Shown here one piece after another: positions 20,410 through 30,648 of a stretch of 64,000 nt of DNA. The notes beneath the pieces were generated by a model. It saw only the letters and a program-made list of their open reading frames with translations. It had not been told where the DNA came from and ran no database searches. Made by a program: the position numbers and the translations under genes. How positions within the stretch are numbered: the stretch's first letter is position 1; each line of letters starts with the position of its first letter. The DNA comes from Candidatus Obscuribacteraceae bacterium. Lineage in GTDB: Bacteria > Cyanobacteriota > Vampirovibrionia > Obscuribacterales > Obscuribacteraceae. The stretch is taken from positions 96,001-160,000 of the forward strand of contig JBGAHS010000006.1 of assembly GCA_044226015.1 (NCBI GenBank). Direction: 5' to 3'.

Positions 20410-21483
20410 CTAGACGATGCCGCCGCGAAGAAGATCCTTTAGATGAATGATTCCTGTCGGCTTCTCCTCAGCATCAAGAATAAGCAAATCGGAGATTGAA
20501 TGGGTCTCCATAATTTTCAATGCTTCTGCTGCAAGTGAGTTTGAGCAGATTGTCTTCGGATTTAGCGTCATGAATTCCTGAGCCTTCATTTTGAAAGCGC
20601 GGGAGCCCCATCGAACCATCGCTCGCCTGACGTCGCCGTCGGTAATGATACCAGCCACGGTGCCTTCTGGTTTCAGGACAACGGTAAATCCTAGTTTCTT
20701 TTTGTCGATTTCTGTCAGGACTTTGTCATAGACTTCGTTTTCTGCAACTGTTGGCACATCTACGCCCTTGCGCATCAAATCACTAACTTTGACTAGCTGC
20801 TTACCAAGACTGCCGCCCGGGTGCGAACGTGCAAAATCCTCGGCTTTGAATCCCTTCTGTGTCATCAAGGCTATCGCGATAGCATCACCCATGGCTAGTG
20901 CTGCAGTCGTTGACGATGTTGGTGCCAGGTTAAGCGGACATGCTTCACGTTCAACAGCAACATCCAGAACAACATCACTAAATTGGGCTAGTGTAGATTT
21001 TGAATTCCCTGTCAGCGAAATGATTGGCAAACCCAGCCTTTTAATCGGATCGAGAACCAGCTTAATTTCTTGAGTCTCTCCAGTTGCCGATAGGGCAATG
21101 ACTACATCTCGAGAATCCAACATGCCGAAATCGCCGTGACGCAATTCAGCGGGATGAACAAAAAACGCGGGAGTTCCAGTCGATGCAAGTGTTGCGGCGA
21201 TCTTGTTGGCAATGTGCCCGGACTTGCCCATGCCAGTTACAACAACCTTGCCCTGACATTTTGTTAAGAGCTGTATCGCGTTCACAAAACGATCGTCTAG
21301 CTTTCGTGTCAGTCGTAGTACCGCCTCAGACTCTAGTTCAAGCACATTCCTGGCGTTTGCTAGAATCTCCTGAGCCTCTGGAAGAGCTGTAAATGTTTCT
21401 CCGTTGGCTGCAAACGGCTCAAAATTTGTCAATTTCTGCGAAAATTCTTTCATTAGTACTCGTCTTTCTTGACCCGCTGCCAT
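20410..21483 (-). CDS. kdsD: Arabinose-5-phosphate isomerase, KpsF/GutQ family (SIS + 2 CBS)
   Basis: GMGKSGHIANKIAATLASTGTPA, HGDFG, LAPTSST, HPGGSLG; alternative start 21453. Confidence 0.93.
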   Translation of the reverse strand: MAAGQERRVLMKEFSQKLTNFEPFAANGETFTALPEAQEILANARNVLELESEAVLRLTRKLDDRFVNAIQLLTKCQGKVVVTGMGKSGHIANKIAATLASTGTPAFFVHPAELRHGDFGMLDSRDVVIALSATGETQEIKLVLDPIKRLGLPIISLTGNSKSTLAQFSDVVLDVAVEREACPLNLAPTSSTTAALAMGDAIAIALMTQKGFKAEDFARSHPGGSLGKQLVKVSDLMRKGVDVPTVAENEVYDKVLTEIDKKKLGFTVVLKPEGTVAGIITDGDVRRAMVRWGSRAFKMKAQEFMTLNPKTICSNSLAAEALKIMETHSISDLLILDAEEKPTGIIHLKDLLRGGIV

Positions 21484-21597
21484 TGTACCGAGTGATGTAC
21501 TTTGATACTTGAGAAGCTGTTCAAGATGAAATTGGTCTCAGGACGTGGCACAAAATAGATATCGGCGAAAAGCTAGTTGAGGAGTACCAAAAGAGCA

Positions 21598-23664
21598 ATG
21601 TTTACACCTGGTGACAAGCTCGAGTTTGGACATTACACAATTCTGAGGGAACTTGGTTCCGGAGGTATGGGTGTTGTATATCACTGCCGTGATGAATTCC
21701 TTCAACGCGAAATCGCTATAAAAATGATGCTGCCAGAGCTCATGTCAGAGCCAGATACTGTCGAGATTTTTCGTCAAGAGGCAAGGCTTGCTGCTCAACT
21801 CGAACATCCTGGTATCGTCACTATCCACAATATTGGTGTCGAAAATCGAGAAGGCAACACGCATCATTATATTGCAATGGAATTCTTGCCTGGTGGCAGT
21901 TTGCGCGGGCGCATCGGTAAAGAGCCCGTACAGATCGAACAAGCTGTAGAGTGGATGAAACAACTTGCGACAGCTCTGAATTATGCACATAAGAGAGGTG
22001 TCGTCCATCAAGACATCAAGCCGGACAATATTTTTATTACTCACGATGGCAATCTGAAAATCGGTGATTTCGGATTAGCACTTATCGCAACGGGACCTGC
22101 GTTCGAGCGTCATGCCCAGGGAAAAGGTACGCCTGCATATATGTCCCCTGAATTGTGTCGCGGCGAACCTCGCGACCATCGCTCTGATATTTATTCACTT
22201 GGTGCAGTGTTCTACGAAATGCTCACAGGTGAAAAGCCTTATAAAGCTGATGGCATGATTGAAATGGCTTTGAAGCATGCAACAGCACCGATTCCACAAG
22301 CATCGAAGTTGCGTCCTGACATTCCGCCTTTGCTAGACAAGGCACTGAAGGTGATGCTCACAAAAATGCCGGAAGATAGACTGCAATCTTTGAATGATTT
22401 GCTTCCATCACTTGAGAAACTTTTGTTGGAAATCAAAGTGGCAAGACTCGGCATATCTCAGCCTTCTCCAGGTCTAGATGGCAAGAAAGGTGATGATAAC
22501 AAGCAGCCGGGCGAACAATCGATAGACTTCAGTCCTGCAGAAGCAGAAAAGCGGAAGGAATCGGCGGCGACTGCGGCGGCAAGTGCCAGGGAAGCCAAAG
22601 AAGCGGCGGCAACAGCCGCGCAAGAAGCTAATGCTGTCATTAATGATAATCCGAATCTGAGTGCGGAAAAAGAAAAGTCCATTGAATTGCTTTGGACTTT
22701 CAAAACTTTTGGACCCATCGGATGGTCGGCCACACCGGTGCTGAACAGAACGAGAAAGGAAATTTACGTTCCTTCTGCCGATGGAATAATGTACGCTCTA
22801 GATATGAATACTGGTGCATGCAACTGGCATTACAACGCCGGTTCACCGCTAGTAAGTTCAGTTCTTCAGTTGAATAGCGAAATTTATTTTACTGCAAGCG
22901 ACGGCACGATTCATTGTGTCTCTGCTGAGAGTGGCAAGAAATTGTGGATTCACGAGGGCAGCAGCCCTGCAGTTTCTACGCCTGTCACTGCCGGTGATGC
23001 GATTCTTGTCACCGCCCTTGATGGCGGAGTGAAGTCGTTGAATTCAAAAGACGGTGCAGTTAATTGGACATATCGCTGCGACAAAGGCGTTGTTGCGAGC
23101 CCCCAAATCGTGGAGAAGGCAGCCTTCATTGCTAGTAAAGATAAGGGACTGCACGCTATAGATTTGAACTCTGGCAGTCGAAAATGGTTTGCTGAGTCAA
23201 CAGATGCAATGCTTGCTAGTGTTCTTGCATCAACAGACAGTGTTTATTGCGCAAGCATTGACGGCAACATCATGGCTGTGGATATTTCGTCTGGCAGCAA
23301 GACATGGTCGTACAAATCAAGCTATTCCTTCCTCTGCAAAGGAAATCTGGAATTTACGTCACTGAACTATTGCACAAAAGATGGTTTCGTTCATAGTTTG
23401 GATAAATACAAAGGCAACCTCCTCTGGAGAACTAAAGCTTCTGGACCAGTTCTTGGTGGTATCACCAGCTCCAGTGGCGCTTTGTACGTGTCCAGCAGAA
23501 ACGGAGTTCTGCATTGCTACAATGCGAAGACTGGTGAGCTAAATTGGTATTTGAGCTTCCCTTGTGCCTTGGAATCAGCTCCACTGGTTTCTAGCACTGT
23601 AATCTACCAGGGGACCGTTACCGGGGAAGTGCAGGCTCTGTCAGCTCCAGCTAAAGCTAAATAA
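21598..23664 (+). CDS. Ser/Thr protein kinase with C-terminal PQQ-like beta-propeller (AfsK-like architecture)
   Basis: LGSGGMGVVY, IAIK, HQDIKPDN, DFG, GTPAYMSPE; repeated G..W propeller blades. Confidence 0.92.
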   Translation: MFTPGDKLEFGHYTILRELGSGGMGVVYHCRDEFLQREIAIKMMLPELMSEPDTVEIFRQEARLAAQLEHPGIVTIHNIGVENREGNTHHYIAMEFLPGGSLRGRIGKEPVQIEQAVEWMKQLATALNYAHKRGVVHQDIKPDNIFITHDGNLKIGDFGLALIATGPAFERHAQGKGTPAYMSPELCRGEPRDHRSDIYSLGAVFYEMLTGEKPYKADGMIEMALKHATAPIPQASKLRPDIPPLLDKALKVMLTKMPEDRLQSLNDLLPSLEKLLLEIKVARLGISQPSPGLDGKKGDDNKQPGEQSIDFSPAEAEKRKESAATAAASAREAKEAAATAAQEANAVINDNPNLSAEKEKSIELLWTFKTFGPIGWSATPVLNRTRKEIYVPSADGIMYALDMNTGACNWHYNAGSPLVSSVLQLNSEIYFTASDGTIHCVSAESGKKLWIHEGSSPAVSTPVTAGDAILVTALDGGVKSLNSKDGAVNWTYRCDKGVVASPQIVEKAAFIASKDKGLHAIDLNSGSRKWFAESTDAMLASVLASTDSVYCASIDGNIMAVDISSGSKTWSYKSSYSFLCKGNLEFTSLNYCTKDGFVHSLDKYKGNLLWRTKASGPVLGGITSSSGALYVSSRNGVLHCYNAKTGELNWYLSFPCALESAPLVSSTVIYQGTVTGEVQALSAPAKAK

Positions 23665-23924
23665 GAAGCGAGCTTGTTGCTGCGTGACTTTCCTTAGTGC
23701 GATTCTTTTCAATCTATCTGAGACAGAACCTCGAAGCTAGCAGGATGCTGGCTCTCCCCTCAGCGAATATCGAGCGCGCCAGGTGCATGCTCCCCGGGGT
23801 CAGGGGCTCGGTCTATTGACGGATATTGAAATAAATATCGAAACAGAAGCCACCATCTTGGAACATTTTTCATCTCTTCGAAGACATATTACATATCGCT
23901 ATCGTGCTATCCGGGAAACCCATT

Positions 23925-25061
23925 ATGCTCAACATTCTAAAAATGAGTGGACTATTCAAATCCAACGACCAGGTAAACACAACCCAAGCAACTACTGAAG
24001 CTGTTGTGAATAATAACGACTTAGTTCAGCAAGAGCCTGTTTTGAAGGTCAGTCATTTGCATGTAGCAAGAGCGTTGAGAACGATAGAAGATATAAAGTC
24101 TCGTTACCCCGAACATTTTCCGCGCTCGACCAGTGCCCCTATCGAGCGAACTATGGCCGATGGAAGTGTTCATAAGTTCTTTGCGGATCATTCATTGCTA
24201 GTACAAGACAGCAATGGGCTTGTGGTCAAAACGCGTGATGTTCGAAATCAGATCAGAGAGTTTCGAATCAGTCAGAATGGACAGACAGAAATGTGCTTTC
24301 TAGGGCAGTGGAAGCAACTCTCGGCAGATCAAAAGATTCTTCCTGATGGAACTTTTGTCCTTGAGACTAAGAACAAGAGAGTGCATCAAAAGTTAGATGG
24401 AACCACAATGACCGTCTGCCTCGATAAAGGGGCAGTGATGGAAACAAACCCTGTGAGTAAAAGTGATATTGTTCTCTACTCTAATGGCACAGTGCTGATC
24501 AGAAGGGTAGATGAAGTAAATATTGAAGAGCAGATTGTTTTGAAGGACTCGAAAGAAGTTTCGCGCTCAAAGATTTTTCCGAGAAACAATTTGATAAATG
24601 TTGAAATTGGATCTTATGTTCAGCGAATTCTTGCCGGAAGAATTGACACGGATGTTTGCGACGGCAAGCCAGTTAGAAAAACATTTCTGGCATCAGGTCT
24701 TGAACTGCAACCTGTCAGCTTGAAATTCGCCCAGATAGAAGTTTTTGGCAAAGTCAGCAAAGTCGAAATTCAATACAATAACGGCGAAGTTATTGCGGCC
24801 AGTGTTGCTATGAATGACCCGATAGACTATAGCTTTTCAGGGCAGCCGAAAGTATTTCATGCTCATAGTTCAGTTCTGAAGCTGCAGAAGCGCACCAAAG
24901 ACGGTGCTTTTGAAGCAGTTCTGACAAATGAAGAGTCGGGTGAAAGTGTTCAGGTTGGAGTCGTTCAATCGCTGGAAACCCATAGTGGCTTCGCTTTGCC
25001 ACGGAATGCTCGTTTTTCAAGCACCGGTGAACATAGTGCTGCGAGAAACTTCTTCAGCTAA
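23925..25061 (+). CDS. Hypothetical beta-rich protein
   Basis: Long ORF with recurrent DG/NG turns; start codon uncertain. Confidence 0.7.
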   Translation: MLNILKMSGLFKSNDQVNTTQATTEAVVNNNDLVQQEPVLKVSHLHVARALRTIEDIKSRYPEHFPRSTSAPIERTMADGSVHKFFADHSLLVQDSNGLVVKTRDVRNQIREFRISQNGQTEMCFLGQWKQLSADQKILPDGTFVLETKNKRVHQKLDGTTMTVCLDKGAVMETNPVSKSDIVLYSNGTVLIRRVDEVNIEEQIVLKDSKEVSRSKIFPRNNLINVEIGSYVQRILAGRIDTDVCDGKPVRKTFLASGLELQPVSLKFAQIEVFGKVSKVEIQYNNGEVIAASVAMNDPIDYSFSGQPKVFHAHSSVLKLQKRTKDGAFEAVLTNEESGESVQVGVVQSLETHSGFALPRNARFSSTGEHSAARNFFS

Positions 25062-25968
25062 TTAGTTTGTTAATCAACACCGCAACAAATGTTGCAATAC
25101 TCACGAACCCGTTCGTGTTGAAAAAAGCCGCGTTTATCTTTGACAGATCATCGGGTTTAACTAACGAGTGCTCGTACTTCAACATGATCATGACCATGCC
25201 AGCACCCAGCCAATACGCTGGGCCCAGCGACATCTGCACACCGAGAAGCACTAGCATTGCTGCAGTCAATAGATGCAGTCCCGAAGAGATCATAAGAGCG
25301 TTGGGTATGCCAAAGCGCGCTGGAATACTATGCAGTCGTTTCTCTAGATCAAACTCGACGTCTTGAAGAGCGTAGATGATGTCGAAACCGGCAACCCACG
25401 AGCTGACTGCTACTGCCAGGAGCCATGGAGAAGCTGTGACAAGTGAGCCACCTGCGGCTACCCATCCACCGAGTGCTGCGCCACCAAGTGCAATACCAAG
25501 CACGATGTGGCAGAGCCAGGTAAATCGCTTGGTAAAGGAGTAGAAACTCAGCCAAACAACTGCGATGGGGGAGAGCTGAAGGCATATGGAAGGTAGCTGC
25601 ATGGCTGCCACGATCATGAGTCCAAATGATAAGACTGCGAAAATCAGCGCCTGCACCGGTCCTATCTTTCCGGCTGGAATTGCCCTTGTGTTTGTCCTCG
25701 GGTTCGCCGCATCGATGGAGGCATCGATCAATCGATTGAGAGTCATCGCAGCTGCTCTCGCTCCAGCAAAAGCAAGTACAGTCCACAACCAGACTGCTGG
25801 AGCGGGAAGCGATGAACTTCCGAGAATCAAGCCAGTAAGCGCAAAAGGTAACGCGAAGACTGTGTGCTCAACCTTGATCATTTCAGCCCATTCTCGAATT
25901 TTCGAGACAGAGCTGCTTTGCGCTTGTTGCGGAACTTTTAGTTGAGTATTGGTCGTTTCGTCAGTCAT
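25054..25968 (-). CDS. UbiA-family prenyltransferase (MqnP/PlqA-like)
   Basis: HTVFALPFA, NRLIDASIDAANPRT..RAIP, YSFTKRFT, GFDIIYALQD. Confidence 0.93.
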   Translation of the reverse strand: MTDETTNTQLKVPQQAQSSSVSKIREWAEMIKVEHTVFALPFALTGLILGSSSLPAPAVWLWTVLAFAGARAAAMTLNRLIDASIDAANPRTNTRAIPAGKIGPVQALIFAVLSFGLMIVAAMQLPSICLQLSPIAVVWLSFYSFTKRFTWLCHIVLGIALGGAALGGWVAAGGSLVTASPWLLAVAVSSWVAGFDIIYALQDVEFDLEKRLHSIPARFGIPNALMISSGLHLLTAAMLVLLGVQMSLGPAYWLGAGMVMIMLKYEHSLVKPDDLSKINAAFFNTNGFVSIATFVAVLINKLIS

Positions 25969-26147
25969 TAGCCGTCCCCAGGCTAGTTGAAGCAGTTCTA
26001 GAGAATGCCTCAAATCGGCAATCTTTTCAATTCAAGTTTACTAAGGCTAAGTATCCTGCTGTCTAAATGCGGCTAAAAATAGATGACAAGCGGGCGCGGC
26101 TTAGCTGCCGCCACTTGCATCTTACGCTCAGTCCTGTCAAGATAACC

Positions 26148-26720
26148 ATGAAATCTTCTAAGCTTGAGGTTCTTAATAAGCTCATGAGTGGCAATGACAA
26201 GTTTAACTTTGGCGCAGATGCCAGCGCTGGACAGACGATCGATTTACAAGGTGTGGCTTCATTTGCAAGTCTGGTTGAAACACTGGCTCAAGAGCTGGGA
26301 ACAACAGCTGGCAAAATTCAAGGTCTTCTTCCGAATGGTCCCTCAAGTTTTGAGCAATTGGTCGGTGAAATTCAGGTCAATTCGCAAGGTTTCGTGAGAA
26401 CGGTTCAACTCTTCACCGCTACAAATCAGCCTCTTAAGTTGAGGGTTGCGAGCGTATGGAGAGATGGACTTGTATCTGAGAAAACCGGCAACACGGGTGT
26501 CGAGTCGCAGATGATTTTAGGTGCAAGCGCTGACAAAATTGCTCCACAAGCGAGAGCACTCGCTCGCCATTTAGAAGAGCTTTTCTCTGTGCTCGATAGA
26601 CTTGCAACCCTTGGGCAATCCCGCATTGGTTCAATGTCCATCTCGGAAGCAGAACTAGCAAGATTTGAGTATCAGGAAGGCGAGATGCTGAGCTCTCCAA
26701 AGCCGCGTCCGTCTGTCTAA
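26148..26720 (+). CDS. Hypothetical protein
   Basis: Long ORF divergent from the prenyltransferase; start uncertain (26067 or 26148). Confidence 0.65.
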   Translation: MKSSKLEVLNKLMSGNDKFNFGADASAGQTIDLQGVASFASLVETLAQELGTTAGKIQGLLPNGPSSFEQLVGEIQVNSQGFVRTVQLFTATNQPLKLRVASVWRDGLVSEKTGNTGVESQMILGASADKIAPQARALARHLEELFSVLDRLATLGQSRIGSMSISEAELARFEYQEGEMLSSPKPRPSV

Positions 26721-26837
26721 ATTACAATAGCCAACGCAAATTTTTTCAACCGCGATTGCGCGTGATTGAGAGTGAATGAGAGTGGAATCGATGGAATTCC
26801 ATTGGCTGCTATCAATCGATGAATTGGAAGATAGCGA

Positions 26838-28106
26838 TTAATACACTTCGATTGGATTCGAAGAATCACCATTCAGTCGTTTTGGGGTGTCTGTATCTGC
26901 AGCAGTAGCAGAGGGTTTTACGCCGACCTCTTGCCACGCCTTTCGCAGTGCATCCAGATCATTCTCGTATCCCAACGATTTGGCTGCAGCAAGAGTCTTG
27001 TCCGCAAACTGAGCAAATGATGGTGTTCTACCAGCTAAAGTACGTGCCTTGTACCAGATTTGTCCGGGTTCTTTCCATGCATTGCCGCCAACGCTTTTTG
27101 CAAAAGTGACAAAGGCTCTATTAGGAATGCCTGAGTTATAGTGGACTCCACCGTTGTCTGCACGCGTCTTTATGTAATCCTTCATATGTGCAGGCTGAGG
27201 ATCCTTTCCAATTTTTGGGTCATCATATGCGGTGCCAGGGTTTAGCATATCCCGCAGAGCGCGTCCTTTGATGCTGTCCTTCCAAATGCCTTCTCCGGAT
27301 AGCCAGCTAGCTTTGTCAGCCGTTTGATTTTTTGAGTATTGAACAATCAGCGCTCCAAATACATCCGAAAGACTTTCGTTTAACGCACCTGATTGTCCGT
27401 AATATTCGAGATCTGTGTCTCTTTGTGTAACGCCGTGAGTTACTTCATGCCCTGCTATATCGAGAAGCACAAAGGTCTTGAAGGGGCTAGATGAGCCTGG
27501 TCGCCCATAAGTGCATTGGGCGCCATCCCAAAATGCGTTGCTGAAATCGTTTCCGAAATTGACTGTGGAGATCAACTTCATTCCTTTGCCATCGATTGAA
27601 TTGCGGTCAAAAACGTTTTTATAGAATTTCCGTATTTGAAGCGAATAATCGTAGCAGGCGTTCACTTCTTTGTCGGCTGCAGGTTTGTCTCCTTCAAAAC
27701 GAGCTTTTTCTCCAGGTCTTGATTCCCCACCCTGTGCATCATAGATTTCGACTTTGGCTCCGCCCGCTGCACCGATCGCAAATGGCGCAAAGCCAAGTTT
27801 TTCGATTTGCTGCATTTCTTGAATAGTGGAGATTATGTCTACGTCATTGTGGCTCCTGATTCGAATCTCGCTCATCAAATATGGTGGAACCACCGGGTCT
27901 ATATAATCGTGTAATTCCGAGCTGGGTGTAACTGCCATCGGTCGAACAATTCTGACTGTCTGAAAGGTATGTGTAGTGCAAGCGAGAGCGGGCTTGCACT
28001 GCTGTACAGACGGCTTAGTTTGCGGAACTAATACAAATAGAATTTGATGAAAGACAAGACCGAGAGCGAATGCAATAAGAGCGCCAGGAAGAGTTAGACC
28101 TGTCAT
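26838..28106 (-). CDS. M4 (thermolysin-family) metallopeptidase, protealysin-like
   Basis: NAFWDG, HEVTH, GALNESLSD, DNGGVHYNSGIPN; PPYL propeptide motif. Confidence 0.93.
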   Translation of the reverse strand: MTGLTLPGALIAFALGLVFHQILFVLVPQTKPSVQQCKPALACTTHTFQTVRIVRPMAVTPSSELHDYIDPVVPPYLMSEIRIRSHNDVDIISTIQEMQQIEKLGFAPFAIGAAGGAKVEIYDAQGGESRPGEKARFEGDKPAADKEVNACYDYSLQIRKFYKNVFDRNSIDGKGMKLISTVNFGNDFSNAFWDGAQCTYGRPGSSSPFKTFVLLDIAGHEVTHGVTQRDTDLEYYGQSGALNESLSDVFGALIVQYSKNQTADKASWLSGEGIWKDSIKGRALRDMLNPGTAYDDPKIGKDPQPAHMKDYIKTRADNGGVHYNSGIPNRAFVTFAKSVGGNAWKEPGQIWYKARTLAGRTPSFAQFADKTLAAAKSLGYENDLDALRKAWQEVGVKPSATAADTDTPKRLNGDSSNPIEVY

Positions 28107-28241
28107 ATTGTTGAATCCCAGAAAATTGCTTTTCCCAGCATAACACAAACGAATGACAACTAGCCTCCGTCCGCTGAAATCTAATCAAGCTATGGCATTA
28201 CAAGGGTTTTTAGCACATTAAAAGGCTTGAGCCGAAGTCCA

Positions 28242-28958
28242 TTACCTTTGTGCAATTAGTAAGTCATAGAGAGCCTGGCTAGCCGGCTCCTGAGCATGAT
28301 TGTCCACGAGGTATCGGTTCAAACCCGCAGCTACTGAAGAATTTAGTTGAGAGCATACATACTGACCTACCCATACGGCGAGGCTGGCATAAGATTTGAG
28401 CTGACAATTGAACCCATATCCTTGCAGAATATCTATTACCCAGTCCGAGTCAGGCAGAGACCACTCAACATGTTCTTTTAGCAATTGATTGCCCGTTGCT
28501 CTGTAGGCTAATTCTTGTGCGGCAAGAGTGCCGGCGGAGGGATAATTTAATACCAGGAATTTCTCGCAAGACTTATTTAATTCCTCAAGGAATCTTTCTC
28601 GTTTTTGAGGTTCGATATGTTCGAGAACGTCAACTGCAGCTAGAAGTTCAAAGTTCATGCTTTTTAAATCTGCGTCAAAAAAACTGGCACCAGTTGTTGC
28701 TGGATCGACCAGATAGATATCATATTCGGGCAAGAAAAGAGCCAGTGCTCCATCATAACCTCCCACGTCCAAAATCTTTGAAGGTGGAGATACAAGCGAG
28801 CGAATTGCACATGCACAAGCCTCCAATCGTACGTAACGATCCCAGCTTAAGTTCTTACGTTGCTCAACATCTTCAACGAAAATTCGTGAAAGATGAGAAT
28901 CAACAATTGGTCTGAGAGCGACTCCTGAAATCATGTTAATAGGCAGACTGGGAGCCAT
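28242..28958 (-). CDS. Class I SAM-dependent methyltransferase
   Basis: ILDVGGYDG, DVLEHI; starts 3 bp after rodA stop. Confidence 0.85.
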   Translation of the reverse strand: MAPSLPINMISGVALRPIVDSHLSRIFVEDVEQRKNLSWDRYVRLEACACAIRSLVSPPSKILDVGGYDGALALFLPEYDIYLVDPATTGASFFDADLKSMNFELLAAVDVLEHIEPQKRERFLEELNKSCEKFLVLNYPSAGTLAAQELAYRATGNQLLKEHVEWSLPDSDWVIDILQGYGFNCQLKSYASLAVWVGQYVCSQLNSSVAAGLNRYLVDNHAQEPASQALYDLLIAQR

Positions 28959-28961
28959 GTC

Positions 28962-30356
28962 TCACCACCAGTTGTCTTTCTCTTTTGGTGCTGGCGAGCA
29001 AGTCTTAACAGAAAGGAGCAGCCCGATCGCGACCAGGTCAATAATAAGTGCCGTTCCTCCATAACTCAAGAACGGCAATGGAACGCCTGCTACGGGCATG
29101 ATGCCCATCGTCATTCCGATGTTCAAGAAGGCGTGGAAGAGGAACATGCACATAATGCCAATTGCCATAAGGCTGCCCACAGGCTCTTCTCGACTCTGGA
29201 ACGCAATAAAAATGGCGCGAATGCAAATCATAAAATAACTGCAGATTACCAGCAAACACGTTTTGAATCCTTGCTCTTCACCTACAACTGCAAAGATGAA
29301 GTCGGTATGTTTTTCTGGGATGAAGTTTCCGCGAGTTTGGTTACCATTTCCGTGACCTGCTCCGCTGATGCCACCAGAGCCGATGGCAATCAAACTTTGT
29401 AAGATGTGATAACCAGAACCTCGGGGGTCCGAATATGGATTTACGAAGCTAGTAAGGCGCTTCTGCTGATATGGTTTCAATACATTCCACAACTTGGGGC
29501 GAGCTTCGGCTGCAACAAAATTCACAGCGACAATGCAGATGATCAAGAACAGGCGCACGAATACATTCATGTTTCTGACCCGCCAGAAGCATGTTAAAAA
29601 TACTCCCAAGAAAATGATGAAGCCGATCCAGATATAGTTTTCATATCCAGTTGGGGCCACGTTAGCGAGGTCTGTCCCCATGGGAACGCCGCGATAAATC
29701 CATGCTAGAAGCGGTTTGTCCACGGCGTTCAATATAAGTGTGATGATAGGACTTGCAAGCACCAGCAAGTCACCGAAGGAGGCACCAGCCCAAAATGTCA
29801 TTCCGAGAAACATTGCACCAAACACGAGAGACGTGCCCAGGTCTGGTTGTTTGAAAACAAGAAATGCGGGCACTGCCAGGATTGCGATGCAAAGGAAATT
29901 ATCAAAAAAGCCCTTGATTGGTCGCCAGGCAAGCCACGCAGACAAGGTGAAAATTATGACGAGCTTCGCAATTTCTGATGGTTGAAGTTTGATAGGACCT
30001 AACGATAGCCATCGTTGCGCGCCCAATGCCGAATGTCCAGCCACCATGACCGCTACGAGCAGTCCTATGTTGACGATGTACAGAATAGGCAGGACCCATT
30101 TGTTGGTCCAAGTCTTGTAAGGAATAATCCAAAAGCCGACAGCGGCAATGGCTCCTGCAATGAGGAAGTCCAATTGCCGCTCGTAATATTCTGAGTTTGG
30201 CGAAACGCCTGCTCCAGTGTTGGTCAGCGTGTTCAACCCCGTCCACAAAAGGAACGCGGTTGCCCCAAGCAGCAGCCAATCTACACTACCCAATAGTGAA
30301 ATCAGGCTTCGTAGCAAGGCCGATATGTTATCTGATTGGCGACCTTCTGAAAACAA
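28962..30356 (-). CDS. rodA: SEDS-family peptidoglycan polymerase RodA
   Basis: GAQRWL, QPSEIAK, QPDLGT, YQQKRL, PEKHTDFIF, GVPLPFLSYGG. Confidence 0.93.
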   Translation of the reverse strand: MFSEGRQSDNISALLRSLISLLGSVDWLLLGATAFLLWTGLNTLTNTGAGVSPNSEYYERQLDFLIAGAIAAVGFWIIPYKTWTNKWVLPILYIVNIGLLVAVMVAGHSALGAQRWLSLGPIKLQPSEIAKLVIIFTLSAWLAWRPIKGFFDNFLCIAILAVPAFLVFKQPDLGTSLVFGAMFLGMTFWAGASFGDLLVLASPIITLILNAVDKPLLAWIYRGVPMGTDLANVAPTGYENYIWIGFIIFLGVFLTCFWRVRNMNVFVRLFLIICIVAVNFVAAEARPKLWNVLKPYQQKRLTSFVNPYSDPRGSGYHILQSLIAIGSGGISGAGHGNGNQTRGNFIPEKHTDFIFAVVGEEQGFKTCLLVICSYFMICIRAIFIAFQSREEPVGSLMAIGIMCMFLFHAFLNIGMTMGIMPVAGVPLPFLSYGGTALIIDLVAIGLLLSVKTCSPAPKEKDNWW

Positions 30357-30375
30357 CTGTGACCCGAATGTCAGA

Positions 30376-30633
30376 TTAGGACTTTGACCTCAATAGCGGA
30401 AAGTTAGCAACTAATGCCGCTTTTCTCTCATATTGTTGCAGATCGAAGTGGGTTGTGTCGCGGTCGATTTCGAAATAGCGACAAACAACTGTAATAAGCT
30501 CCTCTTCGAGGCTTGCCAAGCGATCAACTGGCAATTCAAGACGGTCATGAATCAGCATTTGCTTCATTCTGTCTTTTGCCGTGGTCCTGGCGCCGTCCGC
30601 GCTTTTGCGGAAAAACCAATTAATAAATTGCAC
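30376..30633 (-). CDS. minE: Cell division topological specificity factor MinE
   Basis: TAKDRMKQMLIHDR, EELITVVCRY, LVANFP; follows minD. Confidence 0.92.
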   Translation of the reverse strand: MQFINWFFRKSADGARTTAKDRMKQMLIHDRLELPVDRLASLEEELITVVCRYFEIDRDTTHFDLQQYERKAALVANFPLLRSKS

Positions 30634-30648
30634 GATTAATTCCTCCGC

